Part shown: piece by piece, positions 12,395-29,628 of the stretch
Position numbering within the stretch: position 1 is the stretch's first letter
Layout of the letters: each line of letters opens with the position of its first letter
Origin: the human T2T-CHM13v2.0 reference genome, Homo sapiens
Assembly: GCF_009914755.1 (NCBI RefSeq)
Contig: NC_060940.1
Length of the DNA: 64,000 nt
Reading direction: 5' to 3' (one strand)
Position numbers and translations under genes: made by a program
Notes under the pieces: generated by a model
Told to the model about the DNA's origin: nothing
The model's input: the letters and a program-made list of their open reading frames with translations, nothing else
Database searches by the model: none

Positions 12395-12575
12395 ACTGGT
12401 TCCAACCTCCCTGCACTAATGCCTGCATCCCCTCCGGCCTCTTGGCCCCCTATCCCTGCACTTCTGGAAACCTCCCTGCACTCTGGAAACCTCCCTGAAC
12501 ACCTCCCCAACTCTGCGCTCTCAGCCTCCCTGCATCTCTCCTGGCCTCCCTGCACTTCTTCCAGCCCCCCAAATT
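12395..12575. repeat. PRRT2: Imperfect tandem array (~8 copies, ~20-24-bp period) of the motif CCTCCCTGCAC in the PRRT2 3'UTR
   Basis: ctccctgcactaat...atccctgcacttctggaaacctccctgcactctggaaacctccctgaac...cctccctgcatctc...cctccctgcacttc. Confidence 0.6.
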
Positions 12576-13274
12576 CTCTGGACCTCCACCCTGGCCTCCT
12601 CCTCCCAACTTTCATTGTCTTGGCATCTCTCAACCCTCAGTCCTCTCTTCCTTCCCTTCTTTATCATCTCCCCTTTCCTCTCCACGTCCCGCCCCCTTCC
12701 TCTTCCTGCCTCCTCATCTCCCTTAAGCATCCTCTTCTCCAACCTCCCGTCACCGTTTACTCTGCAAAATTGACAGCACTTAGACGAGGCTTGGGGGCAG
12801 GGAGCAGTGTTGGGAGAGGGCTCCCCAACCCCAGGCTCGGACTGTTCTCTGCTGGGACCACCCAGGGTCGGACACCCAAGGGTGCCTGGCAGGTCGCAGA
12901 GTTGGCAAGCCGGGCCTCGTATGGGGACTCGGGTGAGGGTGGCGAGTACTGGTTCCGAACGCACGCAGGGGAGAAGGGAGGGACGCGGCGCTGACCCTTC
13001 CAGGTCAGCTGGAGTTGACCCGCCCACCTGGGCTTTTCAACCCCAGTCCGCGAGTTTCTTTCTTGAAGGTGTGGGGGCTAGATTCATTCACGTGCTTCGT
13101 AATGAAATAATCCAAAAAATAGGACCAAAGCGCCCACTGGCAGGAGCGAGGGCGGGGCGCCGCGCTCTATAATTATTTTCTAAGATGATGGGGGAGGTTT
13201 GTTGCACGCGACAGCCCGCTGAGGAGGCGGGGACCGAGCTACAACGCGGTTCGGATTTGGCGGGGGTTTTTTTC

Positions 13275-13277
<3 letters not shown>

Positions 13278-13305
<28 letters not shown>
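13278..13305. repeat. A28 homopolymer, followed by A12 at 13336-13347, in the distal PRRT2 3'UTR
   Basis: Uninterrupted run of 28 A read directly. Confidence 0.9.
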
Positions 13306-13311
<6 letters not shown>

Positions 13312-13399
13312 GGGAAGAAAAAAACTAAAATTCTTAAAAAAAAAAAAGGCTATTATCAAACTGATTTCTCCCTTTTTGTATGCCGGATGCTGCATGAGT

Positions 13400-14558
<1,159 letters not shown>

Positions 14559-14601
14559 TAAAGGCACACCCTTACACCTTGTCCCGGGGCTGCTCCCCTG
14601 A

Positions 14602-15550
<949 letters not shown>

Positions 15551-15737
15551 TCATTGATTCTGGAAAATTACAGATAATTCTATCATGTTTCCCATTCCCA
15601 GAAGTCCAAGTCCTGGCCTTTCAATATTATCTAGATCTGCATCCCTCTACTACCATGTACATTCTTTAATCACACCGCTGGCCCCATTTCCCACCCCACA
15701 TGCCTTCCTAGAATTTACCCTCAGAGTCATGCCTTTC

Positions 15738-15882
15738 CTTTTTTCTTTTTTTTGAGGGGTGGAGAGACAGAGTCTTGCTGTGTTGCCCAGACTGGTTGGT
15801 CTCGAACTCTTGAGCTCAAGTGATCCATCCGCCTCGGTTCCCAAAGTGCTGAGATTACAGGCATGAGTCACTGCACCCAGCC
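15738..15882 (-). mobile_element. Partial Alu (reverse orientation)
   Basis: cagagtcttgctgtgttgcccagactgg...ctcccaaagtgctgagattacaggcatgagtcactgcacccagcc. Confidence 0.8.
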
Positions 15883-16105
15883 TAGAGCCATTCTTGATTT
15901 CTCTCTCTTTTACCTGAACATTCACACCAGCAGCAAGTCTTGGTAGCTATAAGATGTACATTTCCAAGTACCTCTGCTAGTCTCCACTTTCAATACCACA
16001 TCCCCATCCAAGCCACTGTCTTTCTTGCCTGGATAGTTGTAGTAGCTCCTAACTGGGCTCTCTGCTTCCAGTTTCTGCAATTCAGATGAACCTTTTAAAA
16101 CATAA

Positions 16106-16414
<309 letters not shown>

Positions 16415-16530
16415 ATAAATCGTGTCACTTTTCCACTTAAAATTTTCCAAGGGATTCCATCTTGCCAGGGAAGAGCATGTCAAAGGAGAATCCAAGCGCT
16501 TTTCCCGCCACCTCCAGTTCTCTGCACTCT

Positions 16531-16812
<282 letters not shown>

Positions 16813-17031
16813 CTGCACTCTTCTTTGAACAGAACTCTGTTCTTGTCCTGGGGCCTCTACCCTTGCCATTCCCCTGCCCAGTATGTTCCTCCCTGTTCTT
16901 CACATTACCTGTGCCTTCCTGTCAATCAAGATCTTTGCTTCTCACCCTCTCTGAGGTCCAACCCTGAACCTCAGGTCCTCCAAGACAGAGGCCTGGGGAC
17001 CTGCATGTTTAACCAGCTCCCCAAGTGATGA

Positions 17032-17301
<270 letters not shown>

Positions 17302-17442
17302 TTCCCACTGCTCCTGCCTCTAGGGTGCAGTGTCCGTACCTGCTGGAGCCTGGGCCCTCCTTCCCCAGCCCAGACATTGAGAAACTTGGGAAGAAGAGAG
17401 AAACCTCAAGCTCCCAAACAGCACGTTGCGGGAAAGAGGAAG

Positions 17443-17603
17443 AGAGAGTGTGAGTGTGTGTGTGTGTTTTTTCTATTGAACACCTGTAGAGTGTGTGTGT
17501 GTGTTTTCTATTGAACACCTATAGAGAGAGTGTGTGTGTTTTCTATTGAACATCTATATAGAGAGAGTGTGTGAGTGTGTGTTTTCTATTGAACACCTAT
17601 TCA
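17443..17603. repeat. PAGR1: Minisatellite in the PAGR1 3'UTR: 4 tandem copies of a ~35-40-bp unit (GA)n(GT)nTTTTCTATTGAACACCTATA
   Basis: agagagagtgtgagtgtgtgtgtgtgttttttctattgaacacctgt, agagtgtgtgtgtgtgttttctattgaacacctat, agagagagtgtgtgtgttttctattgaacatctatat, agagagagtgtgtgagtgtgtgttttctattgaacacctattc. Confidence 0.9.
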
Positions 17604-17632
17604 GAGACCTGGACTGAATTTTCTGAGTCTGA

Positions 17633-17638
17633 AATAAA
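17633..17638 (+). terminator. PAGR1: AATAAA, candidate PAGR1 polyadenylation signal just 3' of the minisatellite
   Basis: tctgaAATAAAag ~330 nt after the PAGR1 stop. Confidence 0.4.
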
Positions 17639-17949
17639 AGATGCAGAGCTATCATCTCTTAAAAGGAGGGGCTGTAGCTGTAGCTCAACAGTTAGGCCCC
17701 ACTTGAAGGGAGAGGCAGAATTGTACTCACCCAGATTGGAAAATGAAAGCCAGATGGGTAGAGGTGCCCTCAGTTAGCACCTGTCCCATCTCGGGCCCTC
17801 CAACTCCTCCCAGTCCCACTCCAGTGCAGCCAGCTGGCTCCAAGGTAGAAACCCATGAGCACTCAGGGAGCAGTGTGCCTTCAGCTGCAGCAGAAGCAGC
17901 CCGGAGGATAAAATGAGAACCAGCTGCACACGGGCCCTTTAACTCCCAA

Positions 17950-18058
17950 GCCCCACCCCTGGGCTTGGCCTGCCTTGCCCTGCCGGGAAGTGATCCCCAA
18001 GGCAGGGTGAGAGTTCCCCATCTGAGGCGTTTGTTTGCAGCTACCTGCACTTCTAGAT
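17950..18058 (+). other. MVP: Candidate MVP non-coding exon 1 with promoter (GATAAAA at ~17917, CCCCACCCC GC/GT box at ~17951). The TSS is not determinable and the exon may be elsewhere in 17.9-18.6 kb.
   Basis: Consensus donor AGAT|gtgagtac at 18058/18059. The first coding exon has an acceptor (28090/28092) just upstream of the ATG, so an upstream non-coding exon is required. Confidence 0.3.
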
Positions 18059-19490
18059 GTGAGTACATTGTACTAGCCCCCCAAACCCCAAATCAGGGGC
18101 AGATCTTTGTATCCCTTGAGGCTCTCTTTAGTCCTGTCTTGCTTTGAAGGGCCTTGCTTCTGCTGGGGCAGGGAAAACATGTCTGAATCAGAGTGGGGAA
18201 GGAGGATGGGTGGTGGCTTTGCTTTTGGAGGTTTCACTTTCCAATAGTTGGGAGTCTTCTGGGTTTTGAAGTAAAGGCAGATTAACACCAACACCGGTCC
18301 CCCACCCCCCTGCAACTCTCAGGCCTCTCTCTGACTTCAGGGTCCCACCTGGGAAATCAGGTGGAGAACCTTACAGGGTCATTCAGACCCCATCTTAGCC
18401 CTAGATCGGTGCTTGCTCTACTCACCTGCACTGTCCTGGGGACCTGGGCTCTGGCCTGTCACCTTGAGCTCCAAGAATGTGACCTGTACCCATTCAGGCC
18501 CCTTAACTCTGACAGATGAGGGTTTCTTACTCCTCCATGCAGGGCTGGGCCAGCTGTTGGTCTCAGTCGATCATTCAGGAAGTCATTAGCAGAGTGATTT
18601 CCAGAAGGCGTAGAATTTAGTGACCAAGGTTCTTTCCTTTTTGGGAGGAGAAAGTGAAAACTAGGATGCTCAGCTGGACCCACCAGCCTGAGATTCTGGG
18701 GATTTTAGAGCTGTCCCTTGGGGAGCCAAGCACTTGGGGGTGGAGGTGATAGCGAGGCTGATGGCCCCTGTGTTCTCAGCTCTCTGCCTGGGTAGCCCCT
18801 GGGTGATGGGGGAGAGGCCAGCTGTCACGTGGGGTATCAGGTGGCTCTGCCAGAAACTCCCTTGGCACACAGAGCACTGGGTCGGCCCTCGGGTGTGGCT
18901 GTTTGGGCAGGACAGCCCTCTGTATGTAGCCTTGAGCAGGTAGGGGGGCCACCTTGAGTGGGTGGCCCAGAGACAGCCTCAGGGCTCCAAGGTAACGGGG
19001 TGCTCAGGTTATCTTGGGTGCTGCCCTCCCAGGTTCTGGGGGAGCAGAGGCTGGGCGCTGGCCCAACTTACAGGAAACACTCACCTTTGAACTGCCATTG
19101 GCACCATCTGGGCAGTACACAGCCCCACCCAGGTCCTCTAGTTCTTGTTCTCGGCTTAGAATCTTTGTGTTTCTGCCTGAGAAGCCACTGCCTCCTAGTT
19201 TGTGGTCTCTACAGTTATAGCCAGGTTGGACTTCCGGCTCCGTCCTTTGATAACTGTGTGCTCTTGGGCAAATTTCTTAACTTGCAGGTTCTTGTGAGGA
19301 TAACATGAGTTAATTGAGGGCACTTAACACTACCTGGCACAGATTAAGCTCATCTGAAGTGGGAGCTGTTACTTAGGGGCGTTTGCCTAGAACACAGGGT
19401 CCAGAGGCTCTCTCCCGGAAACTTAGACCCAGTGAGTCAGAAGTGAGGCCTGCAAAAAGCAGCAGGAGTGGGGTTAAGAATTCCAGCCTA

Positions 19491-19649
<159 letters not shown>

Positions 19650-20092
19650 TTAAAGAATTATAGCTCAGTCCTATGATTAGGCAAGTTGAGAAAATATTGA
19701 TGAAGATCAGGGGTTCTGAAGCCTGGTTCCTGGGGTCGCTTCTGATCTAGGCGGTTCTTGCCTCTGGTGACTGGTGTTAATTGGCAGGAGTGGGAGGAGG
19801 GAGGACAAGTGGAAGTCTAGGCTGGCTGAGCTGTTCTGTCTCGAAAAGTTCCTAAAACTGTGCTGCTTTAAAAAAAAAAAAAGTAATTTATGAGACACAT
19901 TCTCAATTTCCATTAATCATCTCCTAAAGGGGGTAAACCAAGAAGCCGCTGGGTGAAAACAGGCTGTTGGCAATTCCTGAGTCATGTGACCCATTCTCTA
20001 AAGACTAGAATATTTAACTTAAATCAGTGAGAAACTCTGTGAAGTTGTGTCCTTGTTTATACCAAACTTCATGTGCCTTTTCCTGAACCTGA

Positions 20093-20617
<525 letters not shown>

Positions 20618-20644
20618 TAATACCTTTGACTTGAAGAGCAGTCA

Positions 20645-20975
<331 letters not shown>

Positions 20976-21120
20976 TCAACAGTCACTTTTATTCTCACTT
21001 CACTGGAGAGGAAGGCTCAGAGGCTAGTAAGTGGCCCAGGAGCATGCTGGCAGTGATAAAACCTGCTGGAGTGACATTTTCCCACTGGCTCTCAATCCTG
21101 GATATATATTAAGAGTCAGA

Positions 21121-21407
21121 GGCCAGGCGCGGTGGCTCACGCCTGTAATCCCAGCACTTTGGGAGGCCAAGGCAGGCGGATTACGAGGTTAGGAGATCAA
21201 GACCATCCTGGCTAACACAGTGAAACCCCATCTCTACTAAAAATACAAAAAAAATTAGCTAGGCGTGGTGGTGGGTGCCTGTAATCCCAGCTGAGGCAGG
21301 AGAATGGCATGAACCCGGGAGGCGGAGCTGCAGTGATCCGAGATCGTGCCACTGCACTCCAGCCTGGGTGACAGAGCGAGACTCGTCTCAGAAAAAAAAA
21401 AAAAAAA
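21121..21407 (+). mobile_element. Alu, full length
   Basis: ggccaggcgcggtggctcacgcctgtaatcccagcactttgggaggcc...poly-A. Confidence 0.9.
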
Positions 21408-21506
21408 TGAGGGAGAACTTTTTACAATAGCAACGGGTGAACCTCACCCAGACCAATTAAATAGAATCACCGGAGATGGGTGGCTTTAAAAAAAGGTCTC
21501 CAGAAG

Positions 21507-21789
21507 GCCTGGCGCGGCAGATCACACCTGTTATCCTAGCCCTTTGGGAGGCCGAGGTGGGTGGATCACTTCCAGCCTGACCAACATGGCGAAACCCTGT
21601 CCACTAAAAACAAAATTATCTGGGTGTGGTGGCGGACATCTGTAATCCCAGCTACTTGGGAGGCTGAGGCAGGAGAATTGCTTGAACTCGGGAGGCAGAG
21701 GTTGCAGTGAGCCGAGATGGCTACACTCCAGTCTGGGCAACAAGCACGAAACTCCATCTCAAAAAAAAAAAAAAAAACAAAAAAAAAAC
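21507..21789 (+). mobile_element. Alu, full length
   Basis: ggcctggcgcggcagatcacacctgttatcctagccctttgggaggccgagg...poly-A. Confidence 0.85.
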
Positions 21790-22028
21790 AGATTTCCAGA
21801 TGACCAGTGTGCACCCCGAGCCGAGAGTCTGCTTTAGACCAGAGCTGCTCAGACTGTAATGTGCATGCAAGTCATTGAGGGTCGAGTTAAAATGCCAGTA
21901 GATTCAGTGGCTCTGGGGTGGGGCCCCAGGCTGTGTTGCTATCAAGCCTCCAGGTGGTACCACTCTACTCACTGCAGACCCCGTAGGCAGTGTGGTCACT
22001 TGGTCAATTGCCATTTAAGACTCACTAG

Positions 22029-22312
22029 GGGCCAGGTGTGGTGGTTCACGCCTGTAATCCTAGCACTTTGGGAGGCTGAGGCAGGCAGATTGCCTGAGCT
22101 CAGGAGTTTGAGACCACCCTGGGGTGAAACCCCATCTCTACTAAAATACAAAAAATTAGCCAGGCTTGGTGGCATGTGCCTGTAATTCCAGCTACTCGGG
22201 AGGCTGAGGCACGAGAATTGCTTGAACCTGGGAGGTAGGTGGACGTTGCAGTGAGCCGAGATTGTGCCACTTCACTCCAGCCTGGGCTACAGTCTCCAAA
22301 AAAAACAAAAAA
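22029..22312 (+). mobile_element. Alu, full length
   Basis: ggccaggtgtggtggttcacgcctgtaatcctagcactttgggaggctgagg...aaaaaaaacaaaaaa. Confidence 0.9.
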
Positions 22313-22446
22313 GAGATTCAGTATATCAGCTACTCACAGTTGACCCTGAAGATCTCTGGGAAGTAGTGACTCATGACTCGTTTATTTATTAAGTTTTGCT
22401 GTAGCAGAAGTTTACTTTTGAGCCAAGAGTCTGATCCGGTCTCCCT

Positions 22447-22585
22447 CTTTTTTTTTTTTTTCTTTCTTTAAAGAGATGGGGCCTTGCTATGTTGCCCAAG
22501 CTGGTCTTGAACTCCTGGCCTCAATCCATCCTCCCACCTTCGGCCTCCCAAAGTGTTGGGATTACAGGTGTGAGCCACCTCTCTC
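22447..22585 (-). mobile_element. Alu monomer fragment (reverse orientation)
   Basis: poly-T, agagatggggccttgctatgttgcccaagctgg...gttgggattacaggtgtgagccacc. Confidence 0.75.
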
Positions 22586-23897
22586 AGGCAAGAGCCCCTC
22601 TTTTAACTAGACAATGAACCTGGTTTCTGCTTTGGACAGGCTATTTAGTTCCTGCTTATTTACCCTCATGGTGGGAGAGACCCTGGTGGGATTTGGGGTG
22701 AAAGCTGGCTGTGGTTCTTGCAGGAGCCTCATGACACCTGAGGGAGGTGTGATCAGGCAAGACTGGGCCTCTACACTGAGAGCCGACTAGGGCAGGTCTC
22801 AGAAGCAGAGACTGAAGGAAGTTGGGTGGATGAGTGGATCTGGGGAGCAGGGGCCAAGCCTGAGGGCTGGGCAGAGCCTTCCAAAGGTCAACACAATCCT
22901 TGCTATTGTCTTTTGAGGGCCCTGATCTATTTTAAGTAAAATGCTCTAACTGCGCATGTCATCTGGAAGGAAACCACAAAAAACTCAATCTGAGACTTGT
23001 CACCAATGTGCTGCCTGAGTCAAAGGGTTTCCCTGGCTCACCTCCATAGATGGCGAGGGTAGAAGGCAAGACCTGTCCTGGGTGGTCTAGGCAGAAGGCC
23101 CAGGTTTAGGGCATGGCAGGTGGGTGGTCAGGGAGGTGAGGTGGGGTCCTGGTGCTGATGCAGGGGCAGTTGCCGAGGGCTTGGCCTCAGAACAAGGCAG
23201 GAGTCCAGCCATGAGGATGACTCTTGCTGAGTCACTGAGCTGGGCGAGGCATTCAGACCCCCTGACTGGGCCCAGCTGGGGCGGCAGATGGTGGAGAGGC
23301 CTCAGCTGTGGGGGGTGTTGGGGAGATTATCCATTGATGAACCAAATGGAGGCTGTTCCCAGAGCCTGCTTCCAACCTTGCACGGCCTTCTAGAGTTCAA
23401 ATCTTTCCTGGGGGGGCCTCAGAGCCCTGTCCATACCTCCGCTCACAGCCCCAGCCCTTCCTCTTCTCCCATCTGGTTTCCTGGCCAGGTTTCGGCCCTG
23501 CGGAGAACCCTCCAAGGGAGCAGTGGAAAAAGCTTCACTTGGCAGTAAAGCCCCTACTTGCTGTTCCATCCCTGCAGCTGGGGTGAAATAAGCCACTGAC
23601 CAGTAAACAACTGAGGCTTAAACCAGCATGCCAGCTCAGGTGGGGAGCCCCCAGCACTGGTTATATTCCCTAGATTCCTCACTGGATAGGAAAGTTGGGC
23701 CTCAGGCACTCTTCCCTCCTCTGCAGTCAAACAGTGCAGATGAAGAGCCAGGCTCTGTTCCCAGTGCTTTATGTGCTAACTTGGTTGATAATGTTATCCA
23801 TTCTCATTTTGTAGATGAGGAAACAGGCACAGGGTGGTCAAGGGACTTGTTCAAATCACTGATCCCATAAGGGTGAGAGCCAAGATCCAGGCATCCT

Positions 23898-24524
<627 letters not shown>

Positions 24525-25180
24525 CTAGGAAGTCGTCTTTCCAGAACAGAGCCCCGTATTGTGGAGCAACTGGGGGGTGGAATCAAAGGTGAGCAGGACA
24601 GGGCTATAGGAAGAAAAGACAAGGTCCCCATAAGAGTGGCGAGAGGAACAGAGCCAGGACATCGGAAAGCAAGCCCCTGTGTTCCCAAACCGCAGAAGAG
24701 GGAGCTCTGATGTTAGACAAGCCACCCTCCTACAAGCGAAGGGAAAGTAACTTTGAGCAAAAATGAGCAACAGAAAATGAGATCAAGGTCAGATCTCATA
24801 CAAAGTTGCAAGATGAAAGAATGAGCAGCAGAATAACCTCCCTGTGATGTGGAAAGTGTGCCAGGAAAACAGACCCAAACTGTAACCTCTTTCAGAATGA
24901 GGCAAGGCAGTGAGGAAACTATGTGAAAACACGAAAGCAGCCGATCAGAGTTGTAAGCCCGGGCAGTCTGGGTTGGAATGGGTGCCCCGAGCCACGGGAC
25001 CATGATGCCTCTCTAGAAAGACAGGACCAGGCATTCCACCAGGGTTCTAGTCCCAACAGCACCACTAACTTGCTTGTGGCCCTAAAGGATTCATTGTCCC
25101 TCTCTGGGTCTCAACTATTTAGAGCTCTACTGTCCAGTATGGGATCAACCAGCCATATTTGGCAATTTAAATTAAAATTA

Positions 25181-25470
25181 GCTGGGTACGGTAGCGTACC
25201 CCTGTAATCTCAGCACTTTAGGAGGCTGAAGCGGGAGGATTGCTTGAGCCCAGGAGTTCGAGACCAGCCTAGGCAACATAGCAGGACCTTGTCTCTGCAA
25301 AAAAAATGAAAAAATTAGCTAGGCGTGGTGGCACATGCCTGTAATCCCAGCTACTCGGGAGGCTGAGGTGGGAGGATCACTTGAGCCTGGAGGTTGAGGC
25401 TGCAGTGAGTCATGATTGTGCCACTGCATTCCTGCCTGGGCAACAGAACAAGACCTTGTCTCAAAAAATA
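25181..25470 (+). mobile_element. Alu
   Basis: gctgggtacggtagcgtacccctgtaatctcagcactttaggaggctgaag...tctcaaaaaata. Confidence 0.85.
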
Positions 25471-25484
25471 ATTTAAAAATTTAG

Positions 25485-25806
<322 letters not shown>

Positions 25807-25921
25807 ATTAGCCACATTTTAAGTGTTCAGGAGCCACATGTGGATGTGGCTAGTCCAAAGACAGCACAGATTTAGAATATTCTCATCATTGTAGAAAGCT
25901 CTATTGGACGCTGCTGAGTAA

Positions 25922-26231
<310 letters not shown>

Positions 26232-26623
26232 TAAAGGGTTTTTAAACAAGAGCTGGGCAGTGCAATGGCATAGCTGTAAGGCAGCAGGGGGTGGTGGGGA
26301 CTGTGGTAGGTGGGAAAGCTTGTGTTCCATCTAAATGGGGCAGCTGCTGCTTGACTGTAGGCTGTATTGCTGGTCTTCTAATTCTTCAAGTGAATCAGGA
26401 ATTGGGATTTTGTGAAGACTCACAATTTCTAAACAAAAAGTTGAAGTTTTACAGATCGTGGGGCTCAAGTATAACTCCTCTTGGGCTGTATCCAGCCTTG
26501 ATTCTGTAATCTGTGGCTCCTGCCTGTTTTTCCTCGGCCAGGCCACTCCCTTCTTCCCCTCACTTATATTTTTCACCTGGGGTTGGAGGCTGGGTAGATG
26601 GTGGAATTGATGAGGAACCACTT

Positions 26624-26710
26624 TTTTTTTTTTTTTTTTTGAGATGGAGTCTCACTCTGCCTCTCATAATGCTGGGATTACAGGCATGAGCCACTGCACC
26701 TGTCCTGGCC
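26624..26710 (-). mobile_element. Heavily deleted Alu remnant (reverse orientation)
   Basis: T19 gagatggagtctcactctgcc..ctcataatgctgggattacaggcatgagccactgcacctgtcctggcc. Confidence 0.7.
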
Positions 26711-26754
26711 AGACATTTTTGAGGCCACCACCAGACAAAAGAGGCTCCTCATCG

Positions 26755-27028
26755 GCCAGGTGTGATGGCTCGCCTATAATCCCAGCACTTTGGGAGGCAG
26801 AGGCAAGAGGATTGCTTGAGGCCAGGAATTCGAGACCAGCCTAGGCAACATAATGAGACCTCATCTCTCCAAAAAAAAAAATTAGCTAGACATGGTGGCA
26901 TGTACCTGTAGTCTCAGCTACCCAGGAGGCTGAGGCATGGCTTTTGTGAGCTATGATTGCACCACTGCACTCCAGCCTGGGTGACAGAGTAAGACTCCGT
27001 CTCAAAAAAAAAAAAAAAAAAAAAAAAA
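26755..27028 (+). mobile_element. Alu
   Basis: ggccaggtgtgatggctcgcctataatcccagcactttgggaggc...A26. Confidence 0.85.
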
Positions 27029-28099
27029 GTCTGACCTGAGTCTCTTAAGGATGAGGCTCTGGAGCACCTAGTAAACTTGGTCCCATTTGTGTGACTCAAA
27101 GGGACATGTCCAAAGTCCAAAGTGCTGGGGGCAGGGGTGGGGCTTAGGTAGGGCATGTGACATTCCTGAACAGGCCAAGCACTGGGTGAAACTACTCAGG
27201 ATTCAGAAGCAGGTGGGATGGGTGGGTGGAACATGATAATCATCCCCCTTCTCCTTCCTTTCCACCCTACCCTTGCTCACAACTGCAGGAGCTGAGGATG
27301 GGAGAGAACTGGGGACGAGGGGGCCAGAGTGATTTGCAGTGTTAGTAATGCAGCTGGTTCTATGGAAGGCTCAGTTCCATCTGGGATCCCTTTATGAGCA
27401 GTGGACTAGGTCTTCACATTCAGCCCAGGATTACTAAAGCATAGGAAAGAGGCGGGGAACATAGACACAGCTCATGTAAACATTCCTTTTGTTTATGGCC
27501 GAATCCTAGCCACTGGACTACCTGAGGCATACAGATATTCTTTGGCTATGGGCTGACATTTGAATACAGCTGGGGCCTCAGGATTCTCTGAAATAAAGGG
27601 CTGCCTCCCTCTGGAGGAGCCAGGCAGCTCCTCAGAGCAGCTGCCCATTGCGTGCTGGACAAGGCCATGTCACCACCTCCATGGCTCCCCAGTTTCCCAG
27701 CTTGCTGTATCTCTCCACCGTAAGAGACTGGGAGCACCTTGATCTGAAGCTCTTTGCAGTGCCGGTGGCAGTGTAGGGGGAAGTAGTTGATGGGAGTGAG
27801 GGAAAGGAATTGGCAAGGAACCCTGGGCCTCTGTGGCTCACTGCATCAAGCAGTTCTTGGCAAAGGTAAGGTCAGGATGGGCTGTGTCGTCTTGGGTGGG
27901 GTGAAGACAGGGAGCAGTGGGCATGCAGATGCGGACAGGGAAGGGTGCAGTGGCCTGGCTGGAGGAGGTAGGGCCGTATCCCACCCAGAGTCTGTCACCA
28001 GATTCATGCCTGCCCCACCCCAGGCTCCCCAGGTTCATCCTGTGTCGTCTCCCCCACCTACCAGTCATCTTCTTGTGAGCCCTGGGCTTAGGAGTCACC

Positions 28100-28224
28100 A
28101 TGGCAACTGAAGAGTTCATCATCCGCATCCCCCCATACCACTATATCCATGTGCTGGACCAGAACAGCAACGTGTCCCGTGTGGAGGTCGGGCCAAAGAC
28201 CTACATCCGGCAGGACAATGAGAG
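28100..28224 (+). CDS. MVP: MVP (major vault protein) first coding exon (exon begins at 28092; [41 protein letters not shown] + AG)
   Basis: Acceptor ggcttag|GAGTCACCATGG with Kozak accATGG. Exact match to the MVP N-terminus. Donor GAGAG|gtgggt. Confidence 0.9.
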
Positions 28225-28427
28225 GTGGGTGTGGGGGCTGGGCTGTGGGGGATCCTTGGGGATGTGGGGGCCTGTTTGGCTGGCATGATGGTCCTTATCC
28301 TCCTCCCTCTTCCCAAGCAGGAGTGGCCCTCGCTTGGGCGATAGAGAGGTTTCTCTCTCATTTGGTGTCCTCTTTGGTAGTGGAGACCTGGTCCCAGGTC
28401 CTCACACCTCTTCTCATCTTCCTGCAG

Positions 28428-28623
28428 GGTACTGTTTGCCCCCATGCGCATGGTGACCGTCCCCCCACGTCACTACTGCACAGTGGCCAACCCTGTGTCT
28501 CGGGATGCCCAGGGCTTGGTGCTGTTTGATGTCACAGGGCAAGTTCGGCTTCGCCACGCTGACCTCGAGATCCGGCTGGCCCAGGACCCCTTCCCCCTGT
28601 ACCCAGGGGAGGTGCTGGAAAAG
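28428..28623 (+). CDS. MVP: MVP coding exon (R)[65 protein letters not shown]
   Basis: Acceptor ttcctgcag|GGTACTG. Donor AAG|gtacct. Confidence 0.9.
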
Positions 28624-28696
28624 GTACCTGGTTTCCTCACTCCCTATGCCCCACCCTACCTGTCCTCCACCTGCCTTGGGCTCTATACTGCTGCCT

Positions 28697-29003
28697 TCTT
28701 CTTCTTTTTTTCTTTTCTTTTTTGAGGCAGAGTTTCACTCTTGTCGCCCAGGCTGGAGTGCAGTGGCATAATCTCAGCTCACTGGAAGCTCCACCTGGGT
28801 TCAAGTGATTTTCCTGCCTCAGCTTCCTCAGTAGCTGGGATTACAGGCACCCGCCACCACACCTGGCTAATTTTTGTATTTTTAGTAGAGACAGGGTTTC
28901 ACCATGTTGGCCAGTCTGATCTCAAACTCCCGACCCCAGGTGATCCACCTGCCTCGGCCTCCCAAAGTGCTGGGATTACAGGCATGAGCCACTGTTCCCG
29001 GCC
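28697..29003 (-). mobile_element. Alu (reverse orientation) 75 bp downstream of an MVP exon donor
   Basis: ttttgaggcagagtttcactcttgtcgcccaggctggagtgcagtgg...ggattacaggcatgagccactgttcccggcc. Confidence 0.9.
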
Positions 29004-29485
29004 TGTACCGAGTTCTAAAGGGAAAACAAACCAGGGCAGTGGGAGGGGTGGGGAGAGACACTTGCTGGCTCTCACCAAGGGTGGAATTGACTCACTGTAC
29101 CTCCACTCACCTCCAGCCATCCCCATCCTCCACACATGCCCCAAACACACCTGCCTCTTTTCTGAGAACTGTTGGCCCATCTCACCTTCCCAGGCTCCAG
29201 AGCCTACCAGAAGTGCCCAGCCAGTCTGGCATTAAATGACATGTGCCAAGGTTAAGCAGTTCATTCACCCGGTGCCAGACACTGGTGGGCAGTGCCAAAG
29301 CAGCAGTGACAAGCCCAGGCCCCAGGCTGTGCCTGTTCTAGGAGAAGCCATCACAGGCCTGAACCTACAGCCAGGCTCTTGTCCCCGTTGGCCTCAGGCC
29401 TGGGCCTGAGCAGGTGGGTGTCCCACCTTCATTCCTTTACCTGTTCTTCCACCTTTACCTTCTGGCCATTTAATGGTTTTGGGTT

Positions 29486-29628
29486 TTTTGTTTGTTTGTT
29501 TGTTTGTTTTTAATAGAGACGGGGTTTCACCGTGTTAGCCAGGATGGTCTTGATCTCCTGACCTCATGATCCGCCCGCCTCGGCCTCCCAAAGTGCTGGG
29601 ATTACAGGCATGAGCCACCGTGTCCAGC
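29486..29628 (-). mobile_element. (TTTG)n microsatellite (29486-29510) fused to an Alu fragment (reverse orientation)
   Basis: gtttgtttgtttgtttgttttt then aatagagacggggtttcaccgtgttagccaggatgg...acaggcatgagccaccgtgtccagcc. Confidence 0.8.
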
